From Paraspadella gotoi (Eukaryota > Animalia > Chaetognatha): a DNA stretch of 64,000 bases. Under the pieces are notes generated by a model, which saw only the letters and a list, made by a program, of their open reading frames with translations, searched no databases and was not told where the DNA came from. Location: the NCBI GenBank assembly GCA_051294375.1, contig CM119263.1, forward strand, positions 12,252,436 through 12,316,435, given 5' to 3'. Shown in pieces: positions 42,901-55,827 of this stretch (its first letter is position 1; each line of letters begins with the position of its first letter). The translations under genes and the position numbers were made by a program.

Positions 42901-43422
42901 CAATCTCTTGCGTGATCGTTCGATTTTTTGAAAAATTCTGATTATTTTTTTCCTTCTACTAGTAAATAAGACAATGAAATGACGATGAAATTGACGACGA
43001 CGAAGAAGACGACGAAAACGACAGAAAGACGATGACGACAACGAAAATGACAACGATGTCGAAGACGACGAAAACGAAGATGAAAATGACGAAGAAGACG
43101 AAGAGGACGACAAAGAAGGCTCTCTTGCGTGATCGTTCGATTTTTGAAAAATTCTGATTATTTTTTGCCTTCTACTAGTAAATAATGTCGAGGAACATGA
43201 GCTAATAACGCGTTTCGATGGCAACGGAAACGTTACGTGTATAAAAACAAGTTTGAGCAAACAATGTCGGATCTGCCCACGATCATTATCGGTAATTAAT
43301 TAATTAATAAATAATTAATTAATAATTAATTCAAGTAATTATTAATTAATTATTCAAGTTAATTATTTAATTAATTAGGCAATTATTTATTAATTTGNNN
43401 NNNNNNNNNNNNNNNNNNNNNN

Positions 43423-43460
<38 letters not shown>

Positions 43461-44207
43461 GATTGAATCAATATTTTACAACTCAAGGCCATTTCGCTCA
43501 AGGAGAAAAAGAGGAAAAAGAAATATTAGAAATGAGCAAAGACACTAAAAAAAAATGGCGACTAAAATACGAAAAGGATGAAAAAAAAACTATAAAAAGG
43601 AAAATGAATAGAAAAGAAGAAAGAGAGAAACACGAATCTTAATATAATATGTCAATAAAATCGGCAGCCGGTGGGGAAGGATAAGAGAAGGAATGAAAGT
43701 TGTGGAGGAAAAAGAAGGAAATAAAAAGAAGGAAAGAAAAAGAAAAGGAGATCCGAGCGAAGTGAGAGGCAAATGAAAACAAGAGAGAATAAAAAAAAGA
43801 AAGGAAAAGAAAGGATTAAAAAAAGAGGAACACTAGGGGAGAGGGCGAAGAAAGGGAAAGGGAAGGAGAGAAAAAAAATAAATAGAAAATCGAACAACAA
43901 CAACAAAAAATGCGAGAGAAGGAAAAACAAACAGGAAGAGAAGAAGAAGAAAAAAAAGGGGAGCAAATAAATCTTTTCATCCTCGGGTCATCGTTCTTGC
44001 CCAACAATGGCCGAAGAATCGGGGAAATAAAAGGGTGAGAAGGAAATGGGAGTTCGGGGCGGAGAGAAGTCGGATCAGGGCCGAAGGGCGACTGGACTCG
44101 GGTTGGGAGGCTGAGGTAAGTGAGGAATGGAGACGCGTGGAATTGACGTCAATGACCGGCGATGATTACTTTTCCTCAGAACGTCGTTGAAGTAAGGAGG
44201 GAAATGG

Positions 44208-44269
<62 letters not shown>

Positions 44270-44408
44270 ACTCTATCACGTGAATGACGATCGACATTCC
44301 TTTCCTTTCCAGGGCTAGATGTGAAAGAAAGAAAGAAAGAAAGAAAGAAGAAAGAAAGAAAGAAAGAAGAAGAAAGAAAGAAAGAGAAAGAAAGAAGAAA
44401 AAAAAAAG

Positions 44409-44439
<31 letters not shown>

Positions 44440-45349
44440 CGTGTCGGAAGTAAGGTTAATTCGATTTTCGCGCAAAGGGTAAGTGTCGTGTTATTAATGG
44501 AAAAAGGCGTGATCATGGAAGAAGCAGAGGATTTCAGGAGTTGGTGCGCAAAGGCTTGGGAGATTTTTGGAAGGCGGGTCTGAGAACGGGCGGGGATTTG
44601 AGATTTTGATTTATCATATCATATCATATCATATCATATCATATCATATCTAAATGACGCTAGATTTAAATATATATCTCATGAAATTGGTTCAACCAAA
44701 TTATACATTCATTCAATAAATAAGATACAAGGAGATCCACGGGTACCGAACTAAAAAAAATGGCGACAGCGCCCATATGATCTATCCAGTATCCAAAGGT
44801 CATGATATAAATTTTATGATTTAGATAAGTTCTGTGAATTTTTTTGGTGCTCGTCCTATAAAACATATGACGACAAGGTTCTTCATATATTACAGTTCTG
44901 CTTTTCCTGATACCTTTTATTTTTTTAAAACCCGAGTTTACAGATTAGCGTCTGTCGACACTGAATTGTTGCAGAATAAATATGAATTTACTCGAAGCAT
45001 AAAAAAGAAATTGCGTTATTTTATTGGATAATCAGACGAATGGAAAGTAAATGGGCTGCGAAAAAGAAAGGAAAAGAAAGAAAAGAAAGAAAAGAAAGAA
45101 AAGAAAGAAAGAAAAAGAAAGGAAAATTCCCTCGTTTCCGCCATCGAAGCCATGAGCGATTACTACGCGTATACGATACTCGTAAAGTCTAAAACCTGAG
45201 CCCGCGGTTTAAAAAAAAAACTTTTTTAAAAAACGAAAACATATAATTTTAAGTTTCGCCATGATTTTTGACGCAAAATGTATTACTGACAATTTGAATT
45301 TCACCCTCTGCTAGATAGGGATCAAACTGTCCTGTCAAGACTTCTTTCT

Positions 45350-45433
<84 letters not shown>

Positions 45434-48156
45434 TCCTCTTTCTTTAAAGAAGAAAAGGATCAAAAACCTGGGTTTCCTCTTCCTCTTCCTTCGGTCTCCA
45501 CCACCGCCGTCGACCTTTGACCTTTTCTCTCCGCCCGACGATAAAACTTTTATGAATCCTTTTTCTTCTTCTCATCTTCAGATTCGCTGGTTCGTCGTTC
45601 CTTTCGTCCAATCAGAGGCCGTGGATTGGAGTCGTCCCGGAATTCGATTCAACAACAGCAACAAAAACAAAGACCACGAGATGAAACCCACGTCGCCGCG
45701 CTACGTTTTCACCACGAACCACACGGTCGTCCTTCAAACCACGCCCTACGCCGAAGAGGGCAAGCTCAAAATTCGATTCGAGAAAATTAGCGCCACCATT
45801 CGGTTGGAAGACGCCGTTATACCGATGAAAGATTTTCACAGGTTCGGGTATTTGATTGTAAAAACGACGGTCTGTCCTTCGACTTCTCACTTTTTCCGCC
45901 TGTACGTCGGTCTATTCGTCCTGTTACAAACTGTCCGTCTTTAGTCATATTCTTGTTTTTATTTACCAGTTTTTCTGTTGATTTATTTATTCGCTGTCGT
46001 CGTCGTCGATAATGCGCGCCACGTCGCGATCGGCTTTCCTGGCCTCGCCAAATAATCTAGATAATACGATCTGCATCTTGCACCGCTTGCTCTTTTCGAT
46101 GTCAGCTTTTTTTGAAGTGTATGTGTGCTTTCTTCTTTTATTCCAAGGGAGCGAGAGATGAGATTGGGGAGAGAGAGAAGAGAAGAGATGAGAGAAGACG
46201 ATGGACGGAGAAGAGAGAGAGAAGGAGAGAGAGAGAGAGAAGAGAGAGAAAAAAAAGAAGAGCAGAAAGCACGAGATGAGAGAGAAAGAGAGACTAGGGA
46301 GTTAGGAAAAAGTGCCTGACCTGTTTTTGTTCCTCCTTCTTCTCTCATCCCAAAAAAAAGCTAAATATGCGACAATACGTGAGTTATTTTCTTAAACTTG
46401 TGTCAGCCGTACTCACTATTTATCCGTCGTCAATCAATATCAAAGTCATTTGAATTAGAAGTTCGAATGAAGAAGCGACTGGAAAGTACACGATCGGAAT
46501 TTTTAAAGATACCGATTGCAAGGTCGAGGAATCTACTGCAAAAATTCAAAGTCGTTCTTCGATAAACAATGAATCACTTAAGAGATATGTGGACTATACC
46601 ACTCGCCATGAAGGTTCCATGTTTGAGGTTTAGAACCGGCTATACTACGAGTCTCGAAGTCCTCAACACCATGATGCTCCCTTCGCCTTCAGGCACACTT
46701 ATCGAACGTGAAAACGCGTTCCTCGAACTGTTTGTTGTGAGCGCTCGTAAAGTAGGGGCGCGACCATAACACGTTTAGTGGCGAGCGCGTACTTTTGAAT
46801 GCGGGCGCACGATGCTTTCAGCGAAAGGCACGATTAAAAGGAAGACGCTGCCGATAAAACAAGGCAATGCGCAGCCTAAATTTTGAAAATAGGTTCGCCA
46901 GAAAGCGTCAGAATGGAGAAGGCGGAAGAGTGGAGGAGGAGGGAGTGTGAAATGATAATGTTCGAAAGAAATAGAAGAGAGATGAGAGGAATTTCAGGAA
47001 AGGAAGAGAATGGAAAGAAGCAGAAGGAAATTAAAAGTGGAAAAGATAGGAAGACACTTAACCGACACATTAACTCTGAACAAAATGGTGAAAATAACAT
47101 GATATTAGTGAAAGACACGATATTGTATAAGAATATAATAGGATAATCATATAAGCGTCTACCCGCAACAATCATATCATATATACTGAATAAACCAATA
47201 TATCAATTAGTAATCAAACTACTAAATCTAGTCAGATCTCTGCTGAAACCGTACTTACAACGTACGCAACTACAAACGCATTACCAAACATTAAATTAAC
47301 CAACAAGTCTAACCATATGCAAACGACACGGAAAATACTATCAAACAACGGCTTCGCTATAAGACAAATGAATAACTGCAACTGCCCTGATGCCACTGAG
47401 GCGCAGAGAGCGAAACTCGCGCGGTCAAGACACGGCGAAACCGAGCAGCGCCGACCATCTCACCGGTCATGATAAACTGGAATGGGAAATTAATCGGGGA
47501 AATAAATCTCATAGAATAGAATAGACGACATAAACAATAAGAAAAAAGATGAAGCAAGAATGAGAGAGAAAAGAGATGAAATGTGATGAGTGAGAGAGGA
47601 GAGAAGAGAGAGAGAGAAGAGAAGAGAGGATGAGATGAGAAAGTGAGAGAAGAGATGAGAGAGAGAAGTGATGAGAGAAGAGATGGAGAAAAGAAGAGAG
47701 AAGACGAGAATAGAGAAGAGCCGATGACCGGAAGAGATAAAGAAAAAAAGAATTTGTTGATTGAATAGTCTGTGGCGCATGATGCATAATAAAATGAAAT
47801 GAATGATCTTCGAAAATGAGAGAAAACCAACACGTACCCTGTCTGCTATTTCATTTAAAACAACTTTAATAATCCAACCCTTCATTTTTTATTTCCATCA
47901 CCAGTTTTCTTTCCTAATTAAAATTCGAACAAAAGACCATTCCTCTTTCTCCCCCTCGCCCCCCACAACTCTCCCCAGCTCCATCTTCCAACTGGTGGTC
48001 AACGTCGTCGCCAACTCGCAGCTTTTGCCGAAATTGAACGACGTCGTGTCTCGAGGTCTCCCACTTCCGTCGGTGGCGGGCATCGGCTTCGTCGACGAGA
48101 CTCTTCGGCTGCAGAAGGACGCCATCCTTTTGGGTTTCGATCTCCGCTTCGACTAA
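36198..48156 (+). CDS. BPI/LBP (bactericidal permeability-increasing / lipopolysaccharide-binding protein) family member, TULIP fold, about 554 aa
   Basis: Eight phase-consistent exons: 36198-36323, 36539-36780, 36900-37146, 37359-37679, 37913-38062 (or -38077), 38233-38373, 45582-45841 and 47979-48156. Signal peptide MKLGHSHVFILLVFTLFCQQMSIA. Family motifs: PGIDVRFTQKAVD (cf. BPI PGVVVRISQKGLD), EGDWRIKY, GRPRVKALGC...IVC (conserved disulfide pair), VDYSLTSPP, DLKGEI, PFDPP, SSFVFNSAFY, LNTTC..CVG..L..FPN, and the C-terminal LPKLNDVVSRGLPLP...ILLGFD. The N-terminal domain is very Lys/Arg-rich. Confidence 0.93.
41208..41830 (+). mobile_element. DINE-1/HINE-like non-autonomous Helentron-associated element
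   Basis: Subterminal inverted repeat GTCGGATCTGC (41231-41241) / GCAGATCCGAC (41812-41822); end hairpin GGATCTGC-TAATAA-GCAGATCC (41798-41819); GGACAGACGGAC and GGACCGACGGAC microsatellite seeds; A-run at both ends. A second copy of the AACAAGTTTGAGCAAACA.TGTCGGATCTGCCCA end is at 43244-43280. Confidence 0.6.
42570..43185. repeat. Composite repeat: GAC/GAA-rich blocks alternating with a ~65-bp unit
   Basis: TCTCTTGCGTGATCGTTC..TTTTTG.AAAATT.TGATTATTTTTT occurs at ~42165, ~42904 and ~43121. The acidic-codon block ~42695-42845 is repeated at ~42970-43118. Confidence 0.75.
45345..45434. repeat. (TTTC)n microsatellite
   Basis: Pure tetranucleotide run. Confidence 0.9.
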
Positions 48157-49310
48157 AGGACCCAAGTCGCTTTTCGAATCGAGCGCCCAGTTATTGTTTG
48201 TTTTTCCTGTTACCTTTTCTGTTTTATTTTTACTTTTAGAAAATTAAAACGCTTGGAATTAAAGTATATAGTAAAGTTGACTAAATTAAGAACAAGTAAA
48301 AAAACATTTAACCGAGCTAGCCTAAAGCCATTTAATTCCCATCGCTCAAATTCATCCCCTCAATGCTTTCAATATTTCCTTTCCAAACTCTTCTTTTTTT
48401 TGTCTTTCCAGATTTCGCGTTCCTCCCTTTATCTCTTTCCTTTTTTCTTGATGGAACTCGTGGCTGCGAAGCGAAATGGCGGTTTTGACCTTCGACCTCC
48501 GATTTCCGTTCAACCCTGACTCATGGCCTCGTCTCCCTTCGCCTATCTGTTGGCCTCATTTTGCCGTTTTTGGCCTTTTTTGGCCTCTCATTGACGTCTC
48601 ATATAAAGAAAGCTTTACCTTGAAAGAAAAATGTTACCGGATGACAATTTTGTCGTTTCTGTTATGACGGTAGTTTTATTTGTATATATATTTATTGTTC
48701 GTTATTTATCGTTTATTTTCAAAAATAAAATTAGTCGGAGATCTTAAGCCAGTCAGAAAACAGTTAAAGTGTGTTTTACATTTTCACCTGACAATCGAAC
48801 TGTCATTGCTAAAAACATAATCACGAGGAAAAAACTGATGAACGCTGATGAATTATGATGAACGATCGTTGGCGATGAAAGCGCTATGATGAACGACTTT
48901 CTTTCTTTCTTCTTTCTTTCTCCTTTCTTCTCCGAGAATTCCATTCGTATTTTCGTCGCGCCAAAAGACTTTCCATCTTCTCAAAAACTCGGTGAACTTA
49001 TGTTAAGTATGGCGCAGAAAACTGGGACACACGGAAATCGCCCCATCGTGAAAGTTTCCCTCATCCTCTTTGCAACCCACGTAATCCAGCGCGATTCGAG
49101 CTTATTTCTTTGTGGTTTGTCCGAATCGAAAGGACCGCGAGAGGGCAGAGTTGTCTCTGGGGTCCCTCGTTTAACGAGGGGAGAAGTCGGCGGGTGGAAA
49201 GAAGATGAATTAAGAAAGGGTCGTCCTTTCCTTNNNNNNNNNNGTCGTCGTCTTCGTCCCCGGTCATTGTCGACGAGGTTAATCATCAGCATTACCGCGA
49301 AATAGACGGG

Positions 49311-49348
<38 letters not shown>

Positions 49349-49353
49349 TCTCT

Positions 49354-49385
<32 letters not shown>

Positions 49386-49433
49386 TGATTTTTTCCTAAA
49401 TTTTTGGATTAAGAAAAAATCAGGAAAATTCCA

Positions 49434-52400
49434 AACTCTTCGACATTAAAATCACGTCTCTTGTTCTGAACAAACATTATCTAATCGTAAAACAACTCCT
49501 AAATCGCTTATATAATAAACAAATTTCGCTTCCCACATTGAAAAAAATACTACATGTAAACCTGGCCCGAGCAAAACAATCTCACTGACTGCGAGAATCT
49601 CAGGCCAATAAAAAACTAAAATGTCTTCAAAACAAAGGACTCTGGCCTCACAAGGCCAGAAAAAAGAAAACACGTGGTAAACTAAAAATTCTAAAGATGG
49701 CACCTGAATCTAAATTACAGGAAGATGAAAATATTAATGACTGTGAAATAATCCAGGCCTACCACCCCGGGAATCTTCGTCTACTTAAAAAACTAGAGCA
49801 CTTAGCGGAAGAAAAAACGGCACTCTTTGCTCGCCTTTGGCAATTTCTGGCCTATGAAATTGACCGAAATGTTTTTTGCCAAAAAAAATCAGTCTCAAGA
49901 AAAGAGATACACAATCTACAACAGAGCAAATTTCACTCCCATGACTTCGAAAAACTGTCGTCGTCTCAACCACTCTTCCAGACGAGATTAGAAAATCCCG
50001 TCCCGCTGTGCTAGCTTTGCGTCGACGAAGCCTTTCACGGCTCTCCTCTTTTGGATGAGATTAAAACACTCAACGCCAGGGGATCTGATTATCTTTGCAA
50101 AAACAGATAAAGATTTCAACTCTCTTTTGTAAAAACCTAACAATTGGCATCACAACAAAATTATGTTTTCACTCCTAAGCTCGCAACCACAACATACTTC
50201 TCCCACTTCATTTAATCAGAAGGGTTGAAACCAGATGTACTCTGAAGAAACATCCGGTTGCGATTGATTAACAAGGGTTTATACTCCAAGTTTTATCAGG
50301 AAGGCTAACATCGCCGTTCCACTGGAAAAACCAAGTTTGGAATGTCAAAAGTGACTTTAAATTCCTTGAAAACAGAAACAAGAAATTCTAGAGAAACAAA
50401 ATCAAACAGTTTCACAAAGTCACACAGTGACGGAAGGTACTTTACAGAAAAGATCCTTCAATGTTATAAAGTGCCCAGAATATGCGTTCATGGCTCAAAA
50501 CAAATGCCTCATGAAATTCAAATATGTTTACGTTGCGCTGGTGAAGCACTGCACAAGACTGTGACAAAGACTTTTGAAGATTAACCAAATGTGGTCAACT
50601 GTGTGGCCGCCATTGCTGCCAATTCAAAATCTTGCCCCACCTTCTAGAAGCACGGTCGTTCAGCAAAGTATATTCTCTTAATACTCACATGCCCCGAGTT
50701 CAGCCAGAAGTCTCCTATTCCAGTGTGTACAAAATAATGTAGAAACACTGCAAACAAAAGACCTTCACATTAATGACATCCAAGACATCTGTCACTGCGT
50801 TATCCTTAAGTTCCTTAATGATATGGGGTGGAGAGCAGTATCTAAAAGAAAAATATTTTAGGCTCAGTAAAAAGCGTCAATAGATAATAAAGAAAAATCA
50901 ATCAGATACTGAAAAACTGTAAGCAAAAAAGAGAATAGGCAAAAATGGCCTGTGAACTTCTTCGCAAAACCAATTCCAAAAGCAACGAATTCTTTTAACA
51001 GAACAAAATTCCACAAATACTGCAGATAACGATTTTGAAATCTACTGTGTTTCTCACCCAAGAGGTTATAGATTGATTGGGATTGGATGGAATAGGACTC
51101 AATCACAAACTTAATTCTTCAATTTTGCAAAAAGAACAAGATGCGTTCTTTTCTAAGTCAGGAAAATGAAGAAGATATACAGCCTAATGCCACGAAAAGA
51201 AAATCAGGTCCGACCACCTAAAGCATTGAATACAATGGCCTCTCCAAAATTTACCACTTGCAATTTTCACATCTTTAATACAAATGGCAGGACCAACACG
51301 TCTTATCGAGCTCCTAAATTTAATTGAAAATCTTAAAAGAGTATATTGTTTATTTCTTGTATGCAATGATATAAGATGTTTGTTCAAAAGACCTTTCTGC
51401 ATTAAAAAACTATAACATTTTCATTAATTCATCCTTACGTCTGCAGGCGGTGTATTAAATCGCTTCCAGACCATCTCCCTGCTGCAGAAATATAAATTTC
51501 CAAACCAAACCAAATGAAAGCTTAAATAATTGAAATATTATTGAAAGATAAAGAAAAGGTTTTATACTTGGCACTCTATATAAAATACATCCTAATTGAA
51601 AACTTAATGAAGCCTTCTTTTTATTAACTTTAAAACTTATTCTGATAAACGAAATGTTGTCCTGAGAGCACATTCATAGGTGATCTCATATCATTCCCAT
51701 ACAGAGCTTGGAGGCAGATTTGATTCATCCCAGGGAGAACAAACTCCCTTAAAACCCTTTTATCCAAATTTTGTCTAACCTGCTTAAAATAACAACTTTC
51801 CAAACCTACATCAGTAAGTCTACCGGCAGTGTAACAAACGTTTTGATATAGCCTCTCCACTTTAAATAATGTTTTTAGACAAAATCCTTTGTTGCACTGT
51901 TCTTGAAGATGTCGCGGTAGCGACCTCTACCTATATTGATCACCCACAAAGGGTCGCCCCTACCAATAAGTAGAATTATTTATGTAAATAAAAACAAACT
52001 GGTCAGATTTCCGAAAAAACAGACTGATTAACAACTTAATAAACTTTCAACAGAAATCTCTCCAAAATGATCAATTGGATATAACCATCACGGAGTTCAC
52101 CCATAATCATAAATAATGCATACCAAACAATCACAAAAACAAAAACAGTTAAAAGTCTTTATAATATATGTCACAACACCAGATTGTAAGAAATATTAAT
52201 CAAAAGAAAAGGTTACTTGGAAGAAAATTTTGAGATCCACTAAAACTCGTTTTTCTTCCAAATCCACTCTGGAAAGGAGAATTCAATTCTTATGTCGATA
52301 AAATTCGATATATTAAATAAAAAGACTTTTAAGTGATCACTACCGTAAAAAAGCAAAATGACATCCTTCAGCGAAGAGATGCAGCAAAAAAGTGGAAACT

Positions 52401-54415
52401 ATTAATGAAATAACCAACCTCAAAGAAAGATCTCCACCTGAAAGCTATGCTTAAAAAGGTCCACCTGACGTACTCAGCAGTAGACACAAAGGGCAATTTG
52501 GAAATTATGCTGCGAATCTAAATCCATAATGGGCAAAACTTCCAGTCCCTCCAGGGAAATGAGAGTGGGTTAAAATTGTGCGAAGATAAAATCAGGTGAA
52601 TATTCAAACATTCTTCAACCGGCGTGAAGGAAATGTTTTGATGACCAGATTTAATGACTGTTATTAAAGACAGCATAAGCCACTGTAAATATTCATGAGA
52701 CTATTAAAATCTTGAAAAACAAGATCTGCACCCGGAATTACTCACAAATGTTAAAAAATTTTTCCTTCAATTACAATTTAAAATCTTTCATCCATTATTT
52801 TGCTCTTGCTTCAAGTTTTGGCTTAACTTCCCCGATACTTGGGAAAATTGGCCAATGATTCGTTGTAATTCCTAAGCAGGTAAGATCAACCAATCCTCGA
52901 AATTACAGACCAATTAGCCTGCCTTTCTGTGCTCGGTAACTTCTTGAAAGATTATTTTACCCAGGTTAATTATGATGCTTTAACAATAGAAACAAAAAGA
53001 CGCGAATTACAAATCAGGTTTTAAAAAAGGAAGATCCGCACCTTGGAAAACATACTTCGTCTCGTTGGGAAGATGCGCATTTTGGTTTCCAAAAATAGAG
53101 TTTTGGAACAATCCTTGTCACGCCATAGACTATGCAAAAGGCTTTTTGACAACATTTTGGCTACAAGGTCTCAATATACAAAATTAATCAATTATTAAAC
53201 TACCAGTATGCATACGCTTAAAATAATTTGCTCATTTTGGACAAAATAGAAAAAATTTCGTGTTGTTTCAGAGGAGAGAACAGTTCTTATTTGATGACCA
53301 TTCTGCTGGTTGTGGCTCACCACAAGGAGCTAGTCCTAAGTCCAGAACTAATTTGCGTTCTATATAGAGGATCTCCCTATCATAAAACACTTGCTATACA
53401 AAAATGATTATCATGCACCAATCAACCACTAACAATCGACCTAAGACACAAGGCATAGTAATGCCTTCACAATATGCCGAGATCTTCTGCCTGGTCAGGT
53501 CGTCACCGGGAAACTTAGATGCAGCGTGTAGATCTCTACAAGCAAACCTTCATTCGTTCTGAAGAATGGTGCAAACACTGTTGGTTTTTAGGACTATGCC
53601 CAGCCAAAATCTAAATGCTATCCTAGTTACAAGATGTCGCTTTCTTTAAAAAACCTTATTGATGTAAAAACTTTTTTTATTCAATGATAGAAGAATCCCC
53701 TGTTTGTGACACAAGTATACTTTCTAGGATGTACAATTGACCCCAGGAAAACTTACCATGACAACCCATATTAAGACTTATTTTTTTAAAAGCAAAGGTC
53801 GAAAATATTAGCAATTAAATGAATTTCTCGTTATATTACAGGAGATTAATTTAAATTTAGTTCATCAACTATTTTCATCACTAGTAGTTTTCATTGTTTT
53901 TATATTCATCACCATGTTTTTTATCTGCTGGTTCTTATCACTGGGAAAAATTTGAATAAATTACCCAATTACGAGCAATTTAAAGTCTTTTCATAAGTTT
54001 CCTATCATATAGATCAAATATTGCCTTGGATGCAGCAAGGCATGATCCACTTACTGAATACGTAAAAAAATTATATTCTGCTACAAAGAATAAAAACGAA
54101 TTATAAAACTAAACCTCATTATTTGCATAGTATTATCAATAACATTGCGATTAATACTGTTTATACTAATGTATCACCAATAGAACGCTTGTTGGGGGGT
54201 TGGATCGGCGTTCAACCAAAAATGTCTGCTAAATTGTGATTTAGAAGGAGCCCATGCTATTGTCACTAAATATTAGAATTTGATCAGTTGTTCAGTACCA
54301 TGAAAACTCCAAAAACTATTAATACTTACAAATTCATAAGATAAGGTAGCTTTTTAGGGCTGTTTAAAGTACAAGCCCTAAAGCTCGCACTTATTGTTTT
54401 TCAAATTCAAAATCA
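49434..54415 (+). mobile_element. Near full-length non-LTR retrotransposon (LINE, jockey/I group): gag-like ORF1 plus endonuclease-reverse transcriptase ORF2, heavily frameshifted
   Basis: Read across frameshifts: three CCHC knuckles at 50455-50640 (QCYKC..H...C; CLRCAGEH...C; C.NC.G.H.ANSKSCP); APE endonuclease traces at ~51260-51930 (FILGTLY, FIGDL, GSD); RT motifs VIPK..NPRNYRPISL (52865-52920), QSGFKKGRS (~53010), AIDYAKAFD (~53122), GSPQGA.LSP (~53315) and SQYAD(D) (~53467). The 3' end has a stem-loop and a TTCAAA-like tail. Candidate TSD AAAATTCCA at 49425-49433 and 54416-54424. Confidence 0.88.
52860..53750 (+). pseudogene. Reverse transcriptase domain of the LINE, disrupted as assembled
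   Basis: YRPISL, QxGF, DxxKAFD, GxPQG and YAD motifs occur in the canonical order, separated by 1-nt indels. Confidence 0.85.
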
Positions 54416-55791
54416 AAAATTCCATCCCTCTCTCACAACATTCTGTCTTCTCGCCCTTATTCTTCCTCCTTTTCTACAATTTCTTTTTTCCCCTTTTTAT
54501 TTTTTCTACTTTTTCTCTTCTTCCATCTCCTCGATGTCATCATACTTCACGTCCTATTATTCTCCCTCTTCCATTTCCTCATCCCGGTCACGCCCTCTCT
54601 TTTTCCTATCTCATCGCTCGCGCTCTTTTGTTTATGACCTCGAACTCTTCTTTGTTAGGTTCCGCCCCCTTCCGTCCGTATCAGGCTTTGCTTTGGCTTT
54701 TCCCACCTTCACGTTTTACAAACAATAATGATTCTCTTCTTCCTAGTGTTCTCCTCGTTCCTTCTATCCTTTTCCCTGTCATTCTTGCCTAGAAAGTTAG
54801 AAACTATAAGTAGGTAAGTCCTTCGCCTTTCTTTCCTCTCTGTCCCCACCGAACTCAAAATTTTTTTTTGCACTTAACTTTTTTTTTTGTTGATGGTTTT
54901 GTTTTCTTCGCTCGAGTCTCGAGGAGAGGAAAAGACCACGAAGGTGAATCCATTCAACCTCAAAAATTTCGAAGAACTCAAGGGAGAAAACTCTTCCAAG
55001 TCCGACTCTCCCCAAGCGCCGCCCACGGCGTCGGCTTCCTCAGCTCATAATCCAACATCAGAATCATTTTCCTTTGTGACCAGGAACTCGTAAACTCGGC
55101 CTCAGAAACCATAAAAAATGAAATCATGATCGAGTTTATTCGCCCTCTTTCCAACTTTATTACACGGTCTTTCCATTTAAAATTAAACTTCTCTTATCAT
55201 ATCATGTCACCATATTTCACAATCTCTGATCTATTTAACTCAACATTCCTACCGGAAGTTCAGGCAAGCCAGCGAAGCCGTGTGCAATTATTCGTCCTCC
55301 ACCCAATTGAGCTTGCATACTATGTACATTGCATACTATGCAATGCATAGTGTCCCTTTTCTCTCACTCGTTCCACACTTCCCCTTCATCTCTGACCCTC
55401 TATTCCTAACAACCGCCGATTCCACGCGAGCGCCTCGTTTATTTCCTTCATTTCTTCTCATATTCCATTCTGCAGCCACTATTCCCTAACACGTTTTACA
55501 GTCTCGTTCCCAATATTTTCTTGGGTTCCGTTATATTCCATTCCGCACAGATACTCGGCAAGTTTTTCGTTACTAACTTTGTAGATTTTGAAATCTCTTT
55601 GTTTTACAGACGTACTTCTACTTCGACTACTAGTTCTACTTCTATTTAGTTGTTGCCGATAATTTTTATTTTTTTGTTTGTTTTTTTTATTCTAAATATT
55701 TTATTTTATTCTATTCTGGCCAGCTTTATGTCTCCCTCCTTTTCTCTTCTCTACGATTCTCCTCCTCCATCCCTCCTTCCTTCTCTTGGCA

Positions 55792-55827
<36 letters not shown>

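Larger units (their letters stand above)
38896..44678. repeat. ~1.27-kb segment present twice in BPI/LBP intron 6 (38896-40171 and 43423-44678)
   Basis: Near-identical copies including (AG)n, (AAAG)n and (ATATC)n tracts; the second copy starts right after the 25-N gap at 43398-43422. Confidence 0.85.

Noticed and set aside
45850-47900. Assorted ORFs in BPI/LBP intron 7
   Set aside because: Noisy, low-complexity sequence with no recognisable motifs.
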